Source: Lytechinus pictus
Lineage: Eukaryota
Assembly: GCF_037042905.1 (NCBI RefSeq)
Contig: NC_087251.1
Coordinates: forward strand, 25,608,001-25,672,000
DNA length: 64,000 nt
Reading direction: 5' to 3'
The notes beneath the pieces were generated by a model, which searched no databases, had not been told where the DNA came from, and worked only from the letters and a program-made list of their open reading frames with translations. How positions within the stretch are numbered: the first letter of the stretch is position 1; each line of letters starts with the position of its first letter. The translations under genes were made by a program, and so were the position numbers. Of the stretch, positions 1 through 12,055 are shown piece after piece.

Positions 1-233
1 AAAGAAAACGAGAGAAAGGAAAGGTATAAGGATAGATGGAAGGAAGGAAAAAAAAAGAAAAGATAGATACAACGAAAGACAGAAAGAAATGAAGGAAGGA
101 ATGAAGGAAAGGGATGAAGGAAGGCAGAAAGAAAAAATAAGGAAGAAAAGAAAGGATGGATGGAAAAAAGAAAGATCAAAAGAACAAAAGACAAAAAAAA
201 AGAAAATCAGAAGGAAAGAAAGAAAGAAAGGAA

Positions 234-291
<58 letters not shown>

Positions 292-1030
292 AGGAAGGAA
301 AGAAAAAAAGTAGAAAAAAAACTGAGGGGAAGAGAAAGGAAGGAAAGAAAGAAACGAATGAAAAAAGAAAAAGAAAGAAAAAAGGTAAAAAGAAAGAAAG
401 GAAGAAAAGGTAAAGGTTTGATGGAAGGAAGGAAAAGAGAAAGAAAGAAAACGAGAAAGGAAAGAAAGAAGATAGGATGAAAGAAAAGGTATAAGGATAG
501 ATGGAAGGAAGGAAAAAAAAAAAGATAGATACAACGAAAGACAGAAAGAAATGAAGGAAGGAATGAAGGAAAGAGATGAAGGAAGGCAGAAAGAAAAAAT
601 AAGGAAGAAAAGAAGGGATCGATGGAAAAAAGAAAGATCAAAAGAACGAAAGACAGAAATAAAGAAAAACAGAAAGAAAGAAAGAAAGGAGAAAGAAAGA
701 ATGAAAGACAATTAAAAAGAAAGGAAGGAATGAAGGAAAGAAATAAAGAAAGAAAAGAAAGAATGAAAGGGATGAAGAAAGTAAGGAAGAAAAGGTAAAG
801 AAAGGATGGACGGAAGAAAGAATGAAAGGAAGGGGAAAACGAAGGAAGGGTTAAAGAAATAGGTAAACAAAGGTTGGATGGAAGGAAGAAAGAAAAAAAG
901 ATAGAAAGAAAAGAATGAAAAAAGAAAGACAGCTATAGTAACAGAAAAAATGAACAAAAGGAAATTTAAAGAAATAAAGAGATTCAAAGAAGGAAAGATA
1001 GGCAGAAAGAAAGAAAATAGAGAGGAAGAA
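1..1030. repeat. Purine-rich low-complexity tract, (GAAA)n/(GGAA)n, with an internal ~170-bp direct duplication (~20-192 vs ~486-652)
   Basis: Almost exclusively A/G on + strand; the same AAGGTATAAGGATAGATGGAAGGAAGG...GAAAGATCAAAAGAAC block occurs twice. The K/E/R- and F/L/S-rich ORFs are artefacts. Confidence 0.95.
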
Positions 1031-1700
1031 AGCTCAAACTATCCAGTCATAAATAAAAAAGATAATTTATCAATTACCTTGGCTAAAAAAATAGTTACGA
1101 AAGAAACCACGTTTATCAACATACACACAAATGCATATGTGGGACTGTCAAACAATGTATTTCAGTGTGTGCGATACAGACGATCATTCGAAACCCGATC
1201 TTTTTGAAGCATAACAGAAGTGAAAATTTCTCCTTTTACTGCTTTTTAAGGAAATATGGACACTACAAGAATTTTCATTGGTAAGAATTATGAATTTTGG
1301 CAGTTCTGTGGGAGATTTCTTCCAGAGCAAACTTCGTTCGTGCAGCACCGTACTCCGTAGAAACTCAACTACATGCATCGGCTGCGTGGACTATGCGCTA
1401 GCTAGCTAGGTATGCTAGACTGCCATTGATTCTGTGTGTGTGTGTGTACGTTTCTGAGCTGTGTGTTTATTGCAGAAAATGGCGCAAATTCTGCAATTCG
1501 AAAGAAGAAATTAATGATATTGCTTTTTTTGTCTCTTTTTCTTTTCTATATTTTGATGGTGAAATATGGGGAATCTTCCTAAAATATAATTTCCATAGGA
1601 GAATTTTACTTGCCCGATTCGGGCAAGTAGTTTTTGTCTTTGCTTTAAAACACTTTCCCGACTCTAACTTTTACTTGCCCCGGGCAATCGGGCAAGTGCT

Positions 1701-2940
1701 TTTATTATTATTATTATTATTATTTATTCGGCAATTCACACAAAATATAACAATGTAAATATGAGTACACAAACAATTATAAATGCAAAATCTTACTGGC
1801 GGTCCTCTGAATGCATCAGTTGGCTGCCGGGGAAGAGGAAAGCAAACTTAATCACTGTAACCGTAATGGTCCCTCTTCCCGACCAACTGGTGCACATAGA
1901 AGACCTGTAAGATATAGCATGAAGGTAAATAAAATGTAAAATGTAAAACATTTCATAAACTAAACAACTAACAAAAACAAAGTACAAGGAGAACATGAAA
2001 CTAATATGTATGATGACACTAGGTCATGACATGATACTGAGCTTAAACATGAGGAATTAATTCTGGCTTAAAAACTATTGCATAAAATGTAAAGTAAGCA
2101 AACTGAAACGATGAAGTATAAAACTGAGAAAAAAGAAGAAAAAAAAAATATGAGAACATGTAGTAGCAAGCTGACAAGAATGTCTAAAATTATATATGTT
2201 GACCGGTATATAGAAGTTAAGAAAACATGGTAAGAAGTGAATAGGTACATAGGCTTAGTGGGCTTCAGGCGATTAAGGAAACTAGGAAAACACATTAACG
2301 AACGAGTACTTCATATATTAAATTGTATACACAATTATAATAAAGAAGCTGCGATGGAACTGTCCAGAAGATGTTTAAATAATGGCAGGAAAAAGAGGGG
2401 AAAAAAGCAAAAGAAAAAAGACTCCAGAGACATAAAAGCAGTATAATCAAAATTATAGTTTCGGCTCAAGAATGTCAAAAAAAAGTAGACGAATGAATGA
2501 TTCCAAATCATACCGTAATTATTAAATTAACCTATCGTAAATTAAACAAAGACTTCAAAAGATAAAGTTAATTGAAGAAGATATGACTTTTCAGCCTGTA
2601 TTGCCAGGTCTGAAATTTAGAGATGCAAAGTCAATGCGCAAGTCCCGAGGTAGTTCGTCCCACAGTCTAGGAAAAATGTAAATGGCGGAATCACTTAAAC
2701 GTTTCGTACGAGCAATCAGGTGATGGAACCTGATATCCTCTTGTCTCCTTTCTATAACTCTGATTTTCAAAGAAACATCACTGCTCTCAACAATGTTGTA
2801 GAGAGCTTTAGCCACGAAGTTAATGAGCAAATATTTCCTACGGGATTCTAGCGAGACCCAATTAAGGAGTCTTAGACGCTCAGGATAGGGCATCTGCTGC
2901 CTGCGCTGTTTCAGGACCCTGATTCGCACCTTGATTAAGG
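1701..2940 (-). mobile_element. 5'-truncated non-LTR retrotransposon (CR1/L2 group): ORF2 C-terminus, probable 3' UTR and (TAA)n tail
   Basis: ORF 2591..2992(-) has YPERLRLLNWVSLESRR...FPRLWDELP, typical of the CR1/L2 ORF2 end; (TTA)n at ~1701-1727 reads as a (TAA)n tail on the minus strand. Linking tail to ORF is inferred. Confidence 0.65.
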
Positions 2941-4005
2941 CTCCGTTTTGACAAGCAAAGTCGACGACTGTGAGGATAAAAGACTCGCACATCGTATGTG
3001 CTGTGAACAGGGATTTATCTCCTGTGCAATTTGAATTACTATATCGCAGAATTGTGATATCCCAACTGGAAATGTGTGCATTAGAAATTGCACATGGTGA
3101 AGTATGGAAAAACCGCTACCGGAAGCACCCGTGCACATGTATAACAGAAAAAAAGACGGACGTAGCTCACTTTTTATGGTACAGAAAAAAAGACGCAATT
3201 GCCAATTTGAAACTGTGCTTATCGTAAATTGAAAGTTACTTGATTTTGGCTTTTCAGATATTTAAATTACATGTATGATATGGCTTCACTGCTCACTCAC
3301 GGCGGGCGCATTTAACTGGAAAATATTTGCGCCCGGTCGTCAAAATTTTGATGATTTTGGGGCTTTATGGGCGCAATTGATGGCTTTATGAGTGCGAATT
3401 TGCGCTCAGCGCCCGCTTATTTCAAGGCTTGAGCAGGTGGGTCTCGATACCTCTGGATATTTAGCAATTAGACCTAATTATAGAAAAACATTTCGTTAAT
3501 GTTAATTGTTTTGACCCCCCCCCCAAAAAAAAGGAAAAACAATTATAAACTAAGTTATACACCCCCCTTTTCTCATTTTGCTTTTTCTTTTCTCTTTTCC
3601 CTCATTTTTTTTTGGGGGGGAGGGACCTTTTTGGGGGGCACCGCCCCTAGCTACGCGCCTACCAGATAAAGAGGCGAGTGAGCAAAACTTTCGTCACTTT
3701 TATTACAAATATCAATTTTGCGATAGATTTTGACATAACATTCGGGATGATTCTTGCATGCATTTTTCTTTCCTTTTGCTTTTTTATGGCCTTTTTATTT
3801 CTCTTCCCTTTCCCTTTCTCTCTCTCTTTCTTTCTTTCTGTCTTTCTTTCTTTTCCTTCCTTCATTCCTTTTCTCTTATCCCGTTTTTTTTCGGTGAAAT
3901 CCACTGGGGATCAAGGGCCAGCCTGCATGCCCCCGGCGGTTTACGCCTCTGCCGTGGATGTAAGCTATATATACGCATGATCTTAATCTTCATTATGATT
4001 CAAAC

Positions 4006-5137
4006 TAGAGGCGCATCCAAGATTTTCCAAATTAAGTAGGGGGGGGGGGGGCCCGGGGTGAATTTTCGCAAGTAAAATTTGACAACTCCCAAAAAAAGTT
4101 CTTACTAAAAAAAAAAAACGGTCATTATTGTCTCGCGTAAAGTTTGACAAGTTAAAAAAAAATGGTCACTCAAAATGAAAGTCATTTTGTCCGCGTAATA
4201 TTCGGCAAGCACCCCCCCCCACACAAAAAAGTAAGAAAAGGGAAAGTCATTTTTTCCATGTGATATTTGGCAACCCCCCCCCCAAAAAAAAGGTTTTAAC
4301 TATAGCAATGATCAAAGGTAATTTTGTCTCGCGTAAAATTTGACAAATAAAAAAAAAGGTTGTCACTAAAAAAATGAAGGTCATTTTGTCCCACGTAAAA
4401 TTTGGCAAGCCCCCCTCCCCCCCAAAAAAAACGGAAAATGGTTTTTAACTTATAATGATCAAAGGTCATTTTGTCCCTTGTAAAATTTGACAAATAAAAA
4501 AAAAAATTGTCACTAAAAAATGAAGGTAATTTTGTCCCACGTAAAATTTGGCAAGGCCCCCCCCAAAAAAAATGGAAAATGGTTTTTAACTTATAATGAT
4601 CAAAGGTCATTTTGTCTCTTGTAAAATTTGACAAATAAAAAAAAAGGTTGTCACTAAAAAAATGAAGGTCATTTTGTCCCACGTAAAATTTGGCAAGCCC
4701 CCCTCCCCCCAAAAAAAACGGAAAATGGTTTTTAACTTATAGTGATCGAAGGTCATTTTGTCTCGCGTAAGTTTGACAATTTTTTTTAAAAAGTTGTCAC
4801 TAAAAAAGAAGGTAATTTTTTCCACCATTATTTTGGCAAGCCCCCAACCCCCACCCCCATAAAAAGTTTGTCCCTAAAAGTGATGTATAGAAAGTCATAT
4901 TTTTAATTTGTTCCCAGTAAAATTGGGAATTTGACAAGCAAAAAAAAAAGGCCAAAAAGAGAAAAGAATATGAACGAAATATCCCCATTACAAATAATGC
5001 TGTGCGTGATAAGGGAGGGGGGCACATAACTAGTATTAACAACATATTTAATTCCAAAATGTTTACTATAAATCTCAAAAGGGGGAACGGGCAGAAATGC
5101 TCACCCCCAACCCCCCCCCCCCCCCGATCCGCCACTG
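4006..5137. mobile_element. hAT-like non-autonomous element containing a ~145-bp tandem repeat
   Basis: Imperfect TIR TAGAGGCGCATC / GATCCGCCACTG; flanks ATTCAAAC / ATTCCAAT (6/8 match, degenerate 8-bp TSD); internal units start at ~4292, 4440, 4581, 4727. Confidence 0.7.
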
Positions 5138-5898
5138 ATTCCAATCAATAATGACTTTTCTCTGCAATACTGATGCTTTGAAATCAAGATACTGAAGATT
5201 GATACTCTTAACATAAATTATGAACGTCTGACAAAAAGATAACCAACCGATCACCTGACCGATCAGCTGACCAGGACGCGTATCACTTCGGAGTTGATCA
5301 CTCGCAGCTGTGTGGAACGCTCACCGAAAATCAACAAAAAGGGCCTGAAATGTAAGTTTAACAATAATCCATTTTAATTTCAACTATTTTTAGAACTTAT
5401 TAAATGTTTTCCGACCAAATGAAAGTTATATCACAACACTACAACTTGTATTAATGCGTACATTTACCAAAGTCTTGGGTTGGAAATCAGAACAGCATTG
5501 TCCAACCCATAATTTGGGTAATGTCGCCTATGAGGTCCATACATGTTAATGTTTGGACCTCATTGGTACTAGGAGTGGAGCCAACGGAGTTCAGCGGAAC
5601 AACCAATAAAACAGAGATGGAGGCTTTTGGTCTACGTTACGTCTGATGCATTAGACGTATCGCTGGAGTATGCGCTGACAGCTAGGCCTAGATCTATTCT
5701 GATAACGAAGTGCCATATGTTTCGATGTCTTTCTTTTTTTAATTGGCCTTGGTGACCATTTGACCAGAATTGGCTGCCCTTTAAAAGTGGCCTTCATGCC
5801 CTTTAAAATTGGCCTTCATGCTCTTTAGAATGGCCTTCATGCCTTGAAATTTTGGGGTATCCAAGGTCTCTTTGCCTCAAGCTGAACGTGCCCTTTTC

Positions 5899-8056
5899 TT
5901 GATAGTTGATTTGGCAGCTCATACAGAAGCTATACTGGGATGATGAATAAAGTGAGCCACTGGAAGGAGCATCATGAAGTGCAGGAAAGGTGATGGATAG
6001 ACATAGCAATTTTGCATATGTACAGTAAAACATGCTATGCTGAGTGCAAGTAAAAACCAAGCTTTTGACTTTAAATCATTTGGGTTCCAACAGGGGGCTG
6101 CATCATTCTGATGGCAGGGAGAGCAGCCTCCTTGAAACTGGACATTTCTTTGGTGTTGGCAGCTGAGCTGGGTAGGTTGTTCCAGTTCCTAATCGTTCTT
6201 GGATAGAACGAGAACTTGAAGGGATCGATTGTGGCTTCAGGTATGATGTACTTCAAGTTGTGATCATGTCTTGTAAAAAATGTTGCTGAGGTGACGATAG
6301 GTGGAAGAGTTATGAAGACATGATGGTAGTGGATTTTGTGAAAGGGAACATTTGGCAAGGATTCGGCGTGTGTGTAGTACTTCCCATTCCAGTGACGTCA
6401 CAAGAGAGGAAGGTGATGTGGAAATCCTGTAGTCCGAGTACACGAAGCGAGCCACTGATCTTTGTACTTGCTCAAGCAGGTTCATGACTGGGACTGTGTA
6501 TGGATTCCAGGCCTCACAGCCATACTCTAGTTGGGGGGCGCACTAAGGATGTGTAGGCCCTCGACTTCATATCTCTTGTGCAAGAGGAAAGAGTCCTATG
6601 CAGGAGACCAAGAGTACGACTTGCTTACTGCCGGACGAGTTGGTAATGTTTGTTCCATCGCAGATCAGAAGAAACAGTAACACTCAAGTACTTGTAGTTG
6701 CTAACTCTATAGGGATTACACTTTTTGTCAGATGATACTGCTGGATGTTGGGAGTGCATTTGCGTGTAATAGTTAACACTGCACACTCTTTGATGTTGAA
6801 GTCCATCATCCATTTGGTAGACCAACTAGACAGTTGTTGGAGATCATTTTGGAGGACTTGTTGGTCGTCACAATGCTTGATCTCGTAGTAAATGACACTG
6901 TCATCTGCGAAGAGACGCATCATTGATTGTACGTTATCTAGGATGTCATTGATGTTCAGCAAAAACAGGTTTGGCCCGATAACGGATCCCTGCTGCACTC
7001 CTGATGTTACGTCTCTCCATGTTGACTTTGATCCATCAACAACAACTGCCTGCTTCCGATCAGCGAGGAGTGACATTATCCAACGTAGAGAGTTACCGGT
7101 GATCCCATAGAATTCAAGCTTAGAAGACAATAGATGGTGTGGGACCCTGTCAAAGGCCTTCTGGAAGTCGAGGAAGATTCAATTCAATTCAATTTATTGA
7201 CCATTAAAAAGACATCAAAATATTTACAAAAATAACATGATACAAACAAACTAATACAAAATATAACAGGTTACAAATTACTTAATGGTCAGGACCCCTA
7301 AGAAGCAAGACTGCTTATAGCCGGGGCCCTACAAATACACAAATATCATAACCGGTTAAAAAAAAAAAAAAGGTTATAAATAAACACACACCCACATCAC
7401 ACACTGCAAAAACACAGAAGATAGGATAGAATAGAATAGAATATAAGACAAGATAAAAAAAATTGATAAAATACAATTACAGGGGGGGATTGGAGTTGTT
7501 TAAATAATTGAACAAAAATGACTTTGATAGTGACAAGATGATGTCCACTTGACTTCGACGTTGAAGGATAGAAGACCAATCATGTACTAGTACTACTGAT
7601 GTTAGTTGAGTCGTAGTTGAGAGGCCTTGTCTAAATCCATGCTGAGCATCAGTAAGGATGTTGTTTCTCGCTATGTGCTTAGATGTATGGCTCAGGATGA
7701 TATGCTCCATAACCTTACTGCATATGCATGTCAGCAAGATTGGTCTATAGTTTGAGCTGTCACACTTTTCACCAGACTTGTGTATGGGAGAGACTACCGG
7801 TAATGCCTGCTTCCACTGAGATGGTACAACACCACAGTTGTAACTTTGCTGGAAGAGGAATGATAGAGGTGCGGCAATCTCATGAGCTATCAGCTTCAGA
7901 AGTTTTGGAGGAATTTTGTCAGGTCTGCTAGCCTTGGATGGATTGAGCTGTTGGAGGTGCTTCTCAACCCCAGTCCTATGGATGTGCAAGTGGCCAATGG
8001 CTGGGTAAGGAGATGGTCTCTTCTGCACATGTGATTGAGGCTGGCTACGAGTGAAA
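5899..8056 (-). mobile_element. Degenerate 5'-truncated LINE reverse transcriptase (RTE-X or CR1-group), frameshifted and interrupted
   Basis: ORF pieces 7477..8028 (KASRPDKIP, WKQA, NYRPILLT, QHGFR), 6684..7130 (SGVQQGSVIGP, LFADD), 6264..6485 (LEQVQRSVARFV) and 6071..6358 (FSFYPRTIRNWNNLP). Confidence 0.93.
7179..7534 (-). mobile_element. Retroposon 3' fragment inserted into the LINE RT
   Basis: AAGAT duplicated at 7174-7178 and 7535-7539; minus strand ends AATAAA(TTGAA)n; removing it restores VDIIFLDFQKAFD. Confidence 0.85.
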
Positions 8057-8102
8057 TTTCAAAAATGGCCTTGCCCCTCTGATCTCTTAATTTGAGCCGT
8101 GA

Positions 8103-9304
8103 CATACATGTAACATAACTTTGCTGACATTCACATTACCACTATTTTTAGTATGGCCATAAAAATTTATTAAATCATAATGATTTAACAATATTCACAT
8201 CAAATTATCATGTAATATAAATTTAGAGCGTGATTTGAGACATTCGTATTCTGGATTTGGATGTAGGCTATACGATGCAGGGCCCTCCTGGGCATAAACG
8301 CATCAGGTACTTGACCTAAATTTTGCCGGGACCGGCAGGTGCAATACACCAGGTGAACACCCTACTCTTTGACGAATAGTGTATTGGTTTTAACGTGCAT
8401 AGGTTGTGACTCTCCTATACACGGGACCAACATTTGCGTCCTTTCCGATGGACGGAGTGTTTTCCAACTGCATTCACACCTGCAATGAATACAGTGGTGA
8501 GGCACGCTAACACACAACGCTATAGCATCAGACTTTTTTGTTAGACACGTTTCGGCATGAGCGGGACTTGAACTTCTCACGTTGGGATCTACGATCTTAT
8601 CTGAAACATGCGCTCTAACCGACTGAGCTACGCTGCCTGTATTATATTCGATCAGGTGCTCTGCACTTCCGTCTATAAATGGTTTATCAATCATTTGTCA
8701 GGATTAATTCTCTAACATCGTCATAACTCATATTCCACAAAAAACCCTCACAATCGTAATATCAGCATAAAGTACCAATTCAAATGACCATCCAGAAAAA
8801 ATTACTTGAGATATTTATTCCCATCAATTTGGAGCTTATTTTGGATGCATCTACAGTACATCTCCAGAGAGTGAGTGTACGGTACCGGGCGTGGGCTGGG
8901 GCACTGTAGTGTGTGTGTGTGCAGGGTCTTTAGCTGTGAGTTTACCGAGCTCTAGCTGTTGGCATCGACTCTGCGTAATTCATGTCTTTCATATTATTTT
9001 ATTTCAAACGGATAAGTTGTCATTTGCAGATATCATTGTTATATACATTTTGGGAAGAATTCTTCATGGGTCCCTTTTGTTTTTTTGTTATCATGGAAAA
9101 TACAAACGATCTTTGCTCGGTCATCTAATCGTGCAATGCTATACCCCTCAGCGCATATTGGCGCAGTGGACGTCTTATAGTGCGTGCATGGCGGAGCAAA
9201 AAAATTTACTTGATTTTCCAGCCTGAAAAAAAATTGATGCATCGATGTTCGATCGAATTAAAGCTGTCGAACACCGGTTTACATGATAATATGACTCTGG
9301 CCTA
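8103..9304. mobile_element. Diverged, left-truncated copy of the element at 33892-35668
   Basis: Colinear with ~34820-35670, including the terminus ...TCGATGTTCGATCGAAT...GTCGAACACCGGTTT...ATGACTCTGGCCTA. Confidence 0.85.
8251..8638 (-). mobile_element. tRNA-derived SINE with a Meta-domain-like central region
   Basis: Minus-strand head GGCAGCGTAGCTCAGTCGGTTAGAGCG (A box) and GTTCAAGTCC (B box); body TGCACGTTAAAACC...TTCGTCAAAGAGTAGGG; GTATT repeated at 8246-8250 and 8639-8643; absent from the homologous copy near 34945. Confidence 0.85.
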
Positions 9305-10359
9305 CATAGTTTTTAGCGAATATGAGCTGATAGTTTTGAACAGTCTAGACTTAGAGACCCTAGAGTACATGTAATTGCTCCGATGTGTGGCCGGGCACCA
9401 GCGTGCAGCAGGTTCAGCAGACTTTGCAATATACCACTGAACTCACTTGTTCACTGCAACCACTCTGCCTGTGGGAAATCTACATGTAGTTTTATGTTAG
9501 GGTTGGATCAATATTGCACATTTACTTTCAACCAGTCTTAAATGAAGACGATGTGATACATGTACAAGGATGTACAGCTCATATATTCATTGAAGATGAT
9601 TAGAAATAAGTTGATGATGATAAATACATGAGTAAGTCTGATGATGACTGTACTCTGAAGATGATAGAATAGACTTGCCTGAAGCACACAGCAAACATTG
9701 AAAATTTCATCAAATTCAATTAAAAAATAATGAATTTATTGAATTTTGAAATTTGGCAATAATTTGTGAAAATAGGTACTGTATGTCATGAATATGCAAT
9801 ATATGGGCTGATGATACCACTTCTCTTTATTTTATTACATGAAATCAACATATATACATGTACATAAAAACAAAGTAACAAAATAAGTTTCAGCAATTGT
9901 AATTTATTAAAATATTAAAGTCACTTTTTATTTATTTATTTATTTTATTTCCAGGCAAAAGACAATAAGAATATATACAAGAGGAATAAATTACCACCGA
10001 CTAGTGCCTGAGGATGACTAAAAGAAAAACTAGTTTCTGTTATGAAGCTCTCCTCACTAGTCGGGGTTTACAAATATACAAAAATAAAATCAGATAAAAT
10101 GGCAATATATGTTTAGATGTATTACTTATTAAAACAAAGAACTTAATAATAAAGAGTGTTTGTTTCCATGTGCAATTATAATATCCAGTCAATATGAAGT
10201 GTTCATCAGAGCTGCCAACCATTACGTTTTTGCCGTAATCATTACGTTTTTTCATTCAAATTACGGCATTATGGTTTTTCTTTTCAAATTACGTTTTTTG
10301 ACAATTTTGATAATGTGTGTACATAATTGTATGTATGTGGAGTGCGTGTTGAGCCCGAG

Positions 10360-10560
10360 ATGAGCCTGGTACTTGCGCGTGCGTAGTCGCCTGCCGGCCG
10401 GTTTTCCAACGCATTTTAATAATTTGATAGCGTGCACGTACATATACGTTAGTTGAATATGCGAGCGGCATGCATGGTACGAATCGCGATGTATAGCGAC
10501 TGGTAAATACGTCTGTAAGGATGATGACGTCATCCAAGATGGCAACTTACGATGACAAAC
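10360..10560 (+). promoter_or_regulatory. Putative FUT8 promoter/TSS: CpG-rich patch with CRE and YY1-type motif
   Basis: CpG-dense unique sequence; TGACGTCA at 10525-10532 followed by CAAGATGGC at 10535-10543; downstream donor AAG|GTACGA. Confidence 0.6.
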
Positions 10561-10627
10561 GAAATGATCGAGGATGATTATGTTTTGATCATCATTTGAA
10601 AGGAAATAACAGTAACTGCGGTCTAAG
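10530..10627 (+). other. FUT8: Putative non-coding first exon of FUT8 (start approximate)
   Basis: Donor AAG|GTACGA at 10627/10628; the first coding exon is preceded by an acceptor (T-tract...TTGCAG ending 13983), implying an upstream UTR exon. Confidence 0.5.
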
Positions 10628-11879
10628 GTACGATATTTCTGAATTTTGTATATTTTATCTTAAATTTGCATGTAATTTCTTTCCTATAAAGTGATGTTTT
10701 ATGTACAAAAAAACGATCTGAAAATCAGATTTCCGCCGAATGTTAGATCTAACGTTACTGCTAATACGTTGTCTTTACGCACGGGCCAACACTCTTCAGG
10801 TGAGTGGAGCCAACGTTTGTTCTTGCAGCGCAGAGCGAGGAGTACGATGAATTGGGTAGGGTAATTCCCCAAATGTAGTAAGAGAAGAGTCCATTTGTAA
10901 TGGAGGGGATTTGGAGGTTTGAGGGAAATTATTATTCCATTTGCAAAATTTTACAAAAATACTCATCATATATATTAAAGATTGAATCATCAAAAGATAT
11001 TTTTCATATACTTTAAAATTAATTGTAGTGATAAAGAAATGAAATTTTGAGGCTATTTTCTTGAATTGATTAATATCAATTCCCTTCGGATAACGGTACT
11101 GTCTGGTTAATTTTCATCAACTCGTATCACACAAATACGATGAATTCGGATTTGAAAAGACCTGGAAAGCTCTTCATTGTCCCCTGAAGTAATAATTCTG
11201 GGTGATATTCAACATTTATTGATAGTTTCACATGATTTATACTAGAGAGATGTCCTACTGCCTTTGGAATTCATTAAAAAAGTCGGCACTTTAGCATTCA
11301 GTTTAGCAGGAATGGGAAGATTTCTTCCCCGGTTCTGGCGGCCTAGATGTCTGCTCTATCGTGCTGTCACTGCTGGGGATGATTGAGTGTGCGTGCAGTG
11401 TGATTGAGGCTGAGCTGTGCACATCGTGAAGTGATTTGCGATGGGACTTTTGTGGAATGATTTCAACTTCTTAATCTTATCTATAGATCTATTTGAATTT
11501 TAGATTAGATTGATTTATGAATAATTTTTCTATATTTGTGGAATGTTACATGTACACTTCCATTTTATGACACTTTAATTTTAAAGGGTACTGTTTGGCA
11601 AAAACAATGTTACTTGGGAAGAGAAGTCTGAATTGATGTCAACTTTTTTTTTATTTCTCTTAGTCTACAATTTGGTAGTTTTGTCAGGAAACTCAACATA
11701 AAACAATGAATTATTTTAGAAGTGGAAAGGAAGCCCCAGAAAAATGGAGCCCTAAAAATGTTCACCAGAACTGATTTTGGTGCCCCTGAAATAATTTTTT
11801 CTCGACAGATCTTCACTTTGATAAGTGCCGGAGTAGGTTGCACTACAAAATGAAAGGCCTAGCTACTTATCATTTTTAG

Positions 11880-12055
11880 AAAAATTTGCCTAGGTGCCCA
11901 TTTGACTAGAATAAAAGTGGCCTTCATGCCCTTTAGAATGGCCTTGATACCCCTTGAAATTTTGGGGCATTCAAGGCCACTTTGCCGGTTGCCCCAAGCT
12001 GAAAGTGCCCATTTAAAAATGACCTTGCCCCTCTCAATTCTTAATTCAAGCCCTG
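11880..12055. mobile_element. hAT-like MITE right arm (uninterrupted relative of 5740-8101)
   Basis: Ends ...TTAATTCAAGCCCTG (reverse complement CAGGGCTTG); short GCCCTT subterminal repeats. Confidence 0.6.

Larger units (their letters stand above)
5740..8101. mobile_element. Right arm of a hAT-like MITE split by a LINE (pieces ~5740-5898 and ~8057-8101)
   Basis: The two pieces joined match the uninterrupted copy at ~11880-12055 (...GTGGCCTTCATGCCCTTT...GTGCCC|AAAAATGRCCTTGCCCCTCT...TTAATTYRAGCCSTG). Confidence 0.7.

Noticed and set aside
89..1207. K/E/R-rich and F/L/S-rich ORFs
   Set aside because: Translations of a GA-rich low-complexity tract; no splice or domain support.
8560..8637. tRNA gene
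   Set aside because: No complete cloverleaf and it continues into a SINE body; the same holds for 59971-60045.
11040..11220. Possible LINE endonuclease remnant (EVIILGD-FNI across a 1-nt shift)
   Set aside because: Only one short motif with stops around it; too degraded to call without a search.
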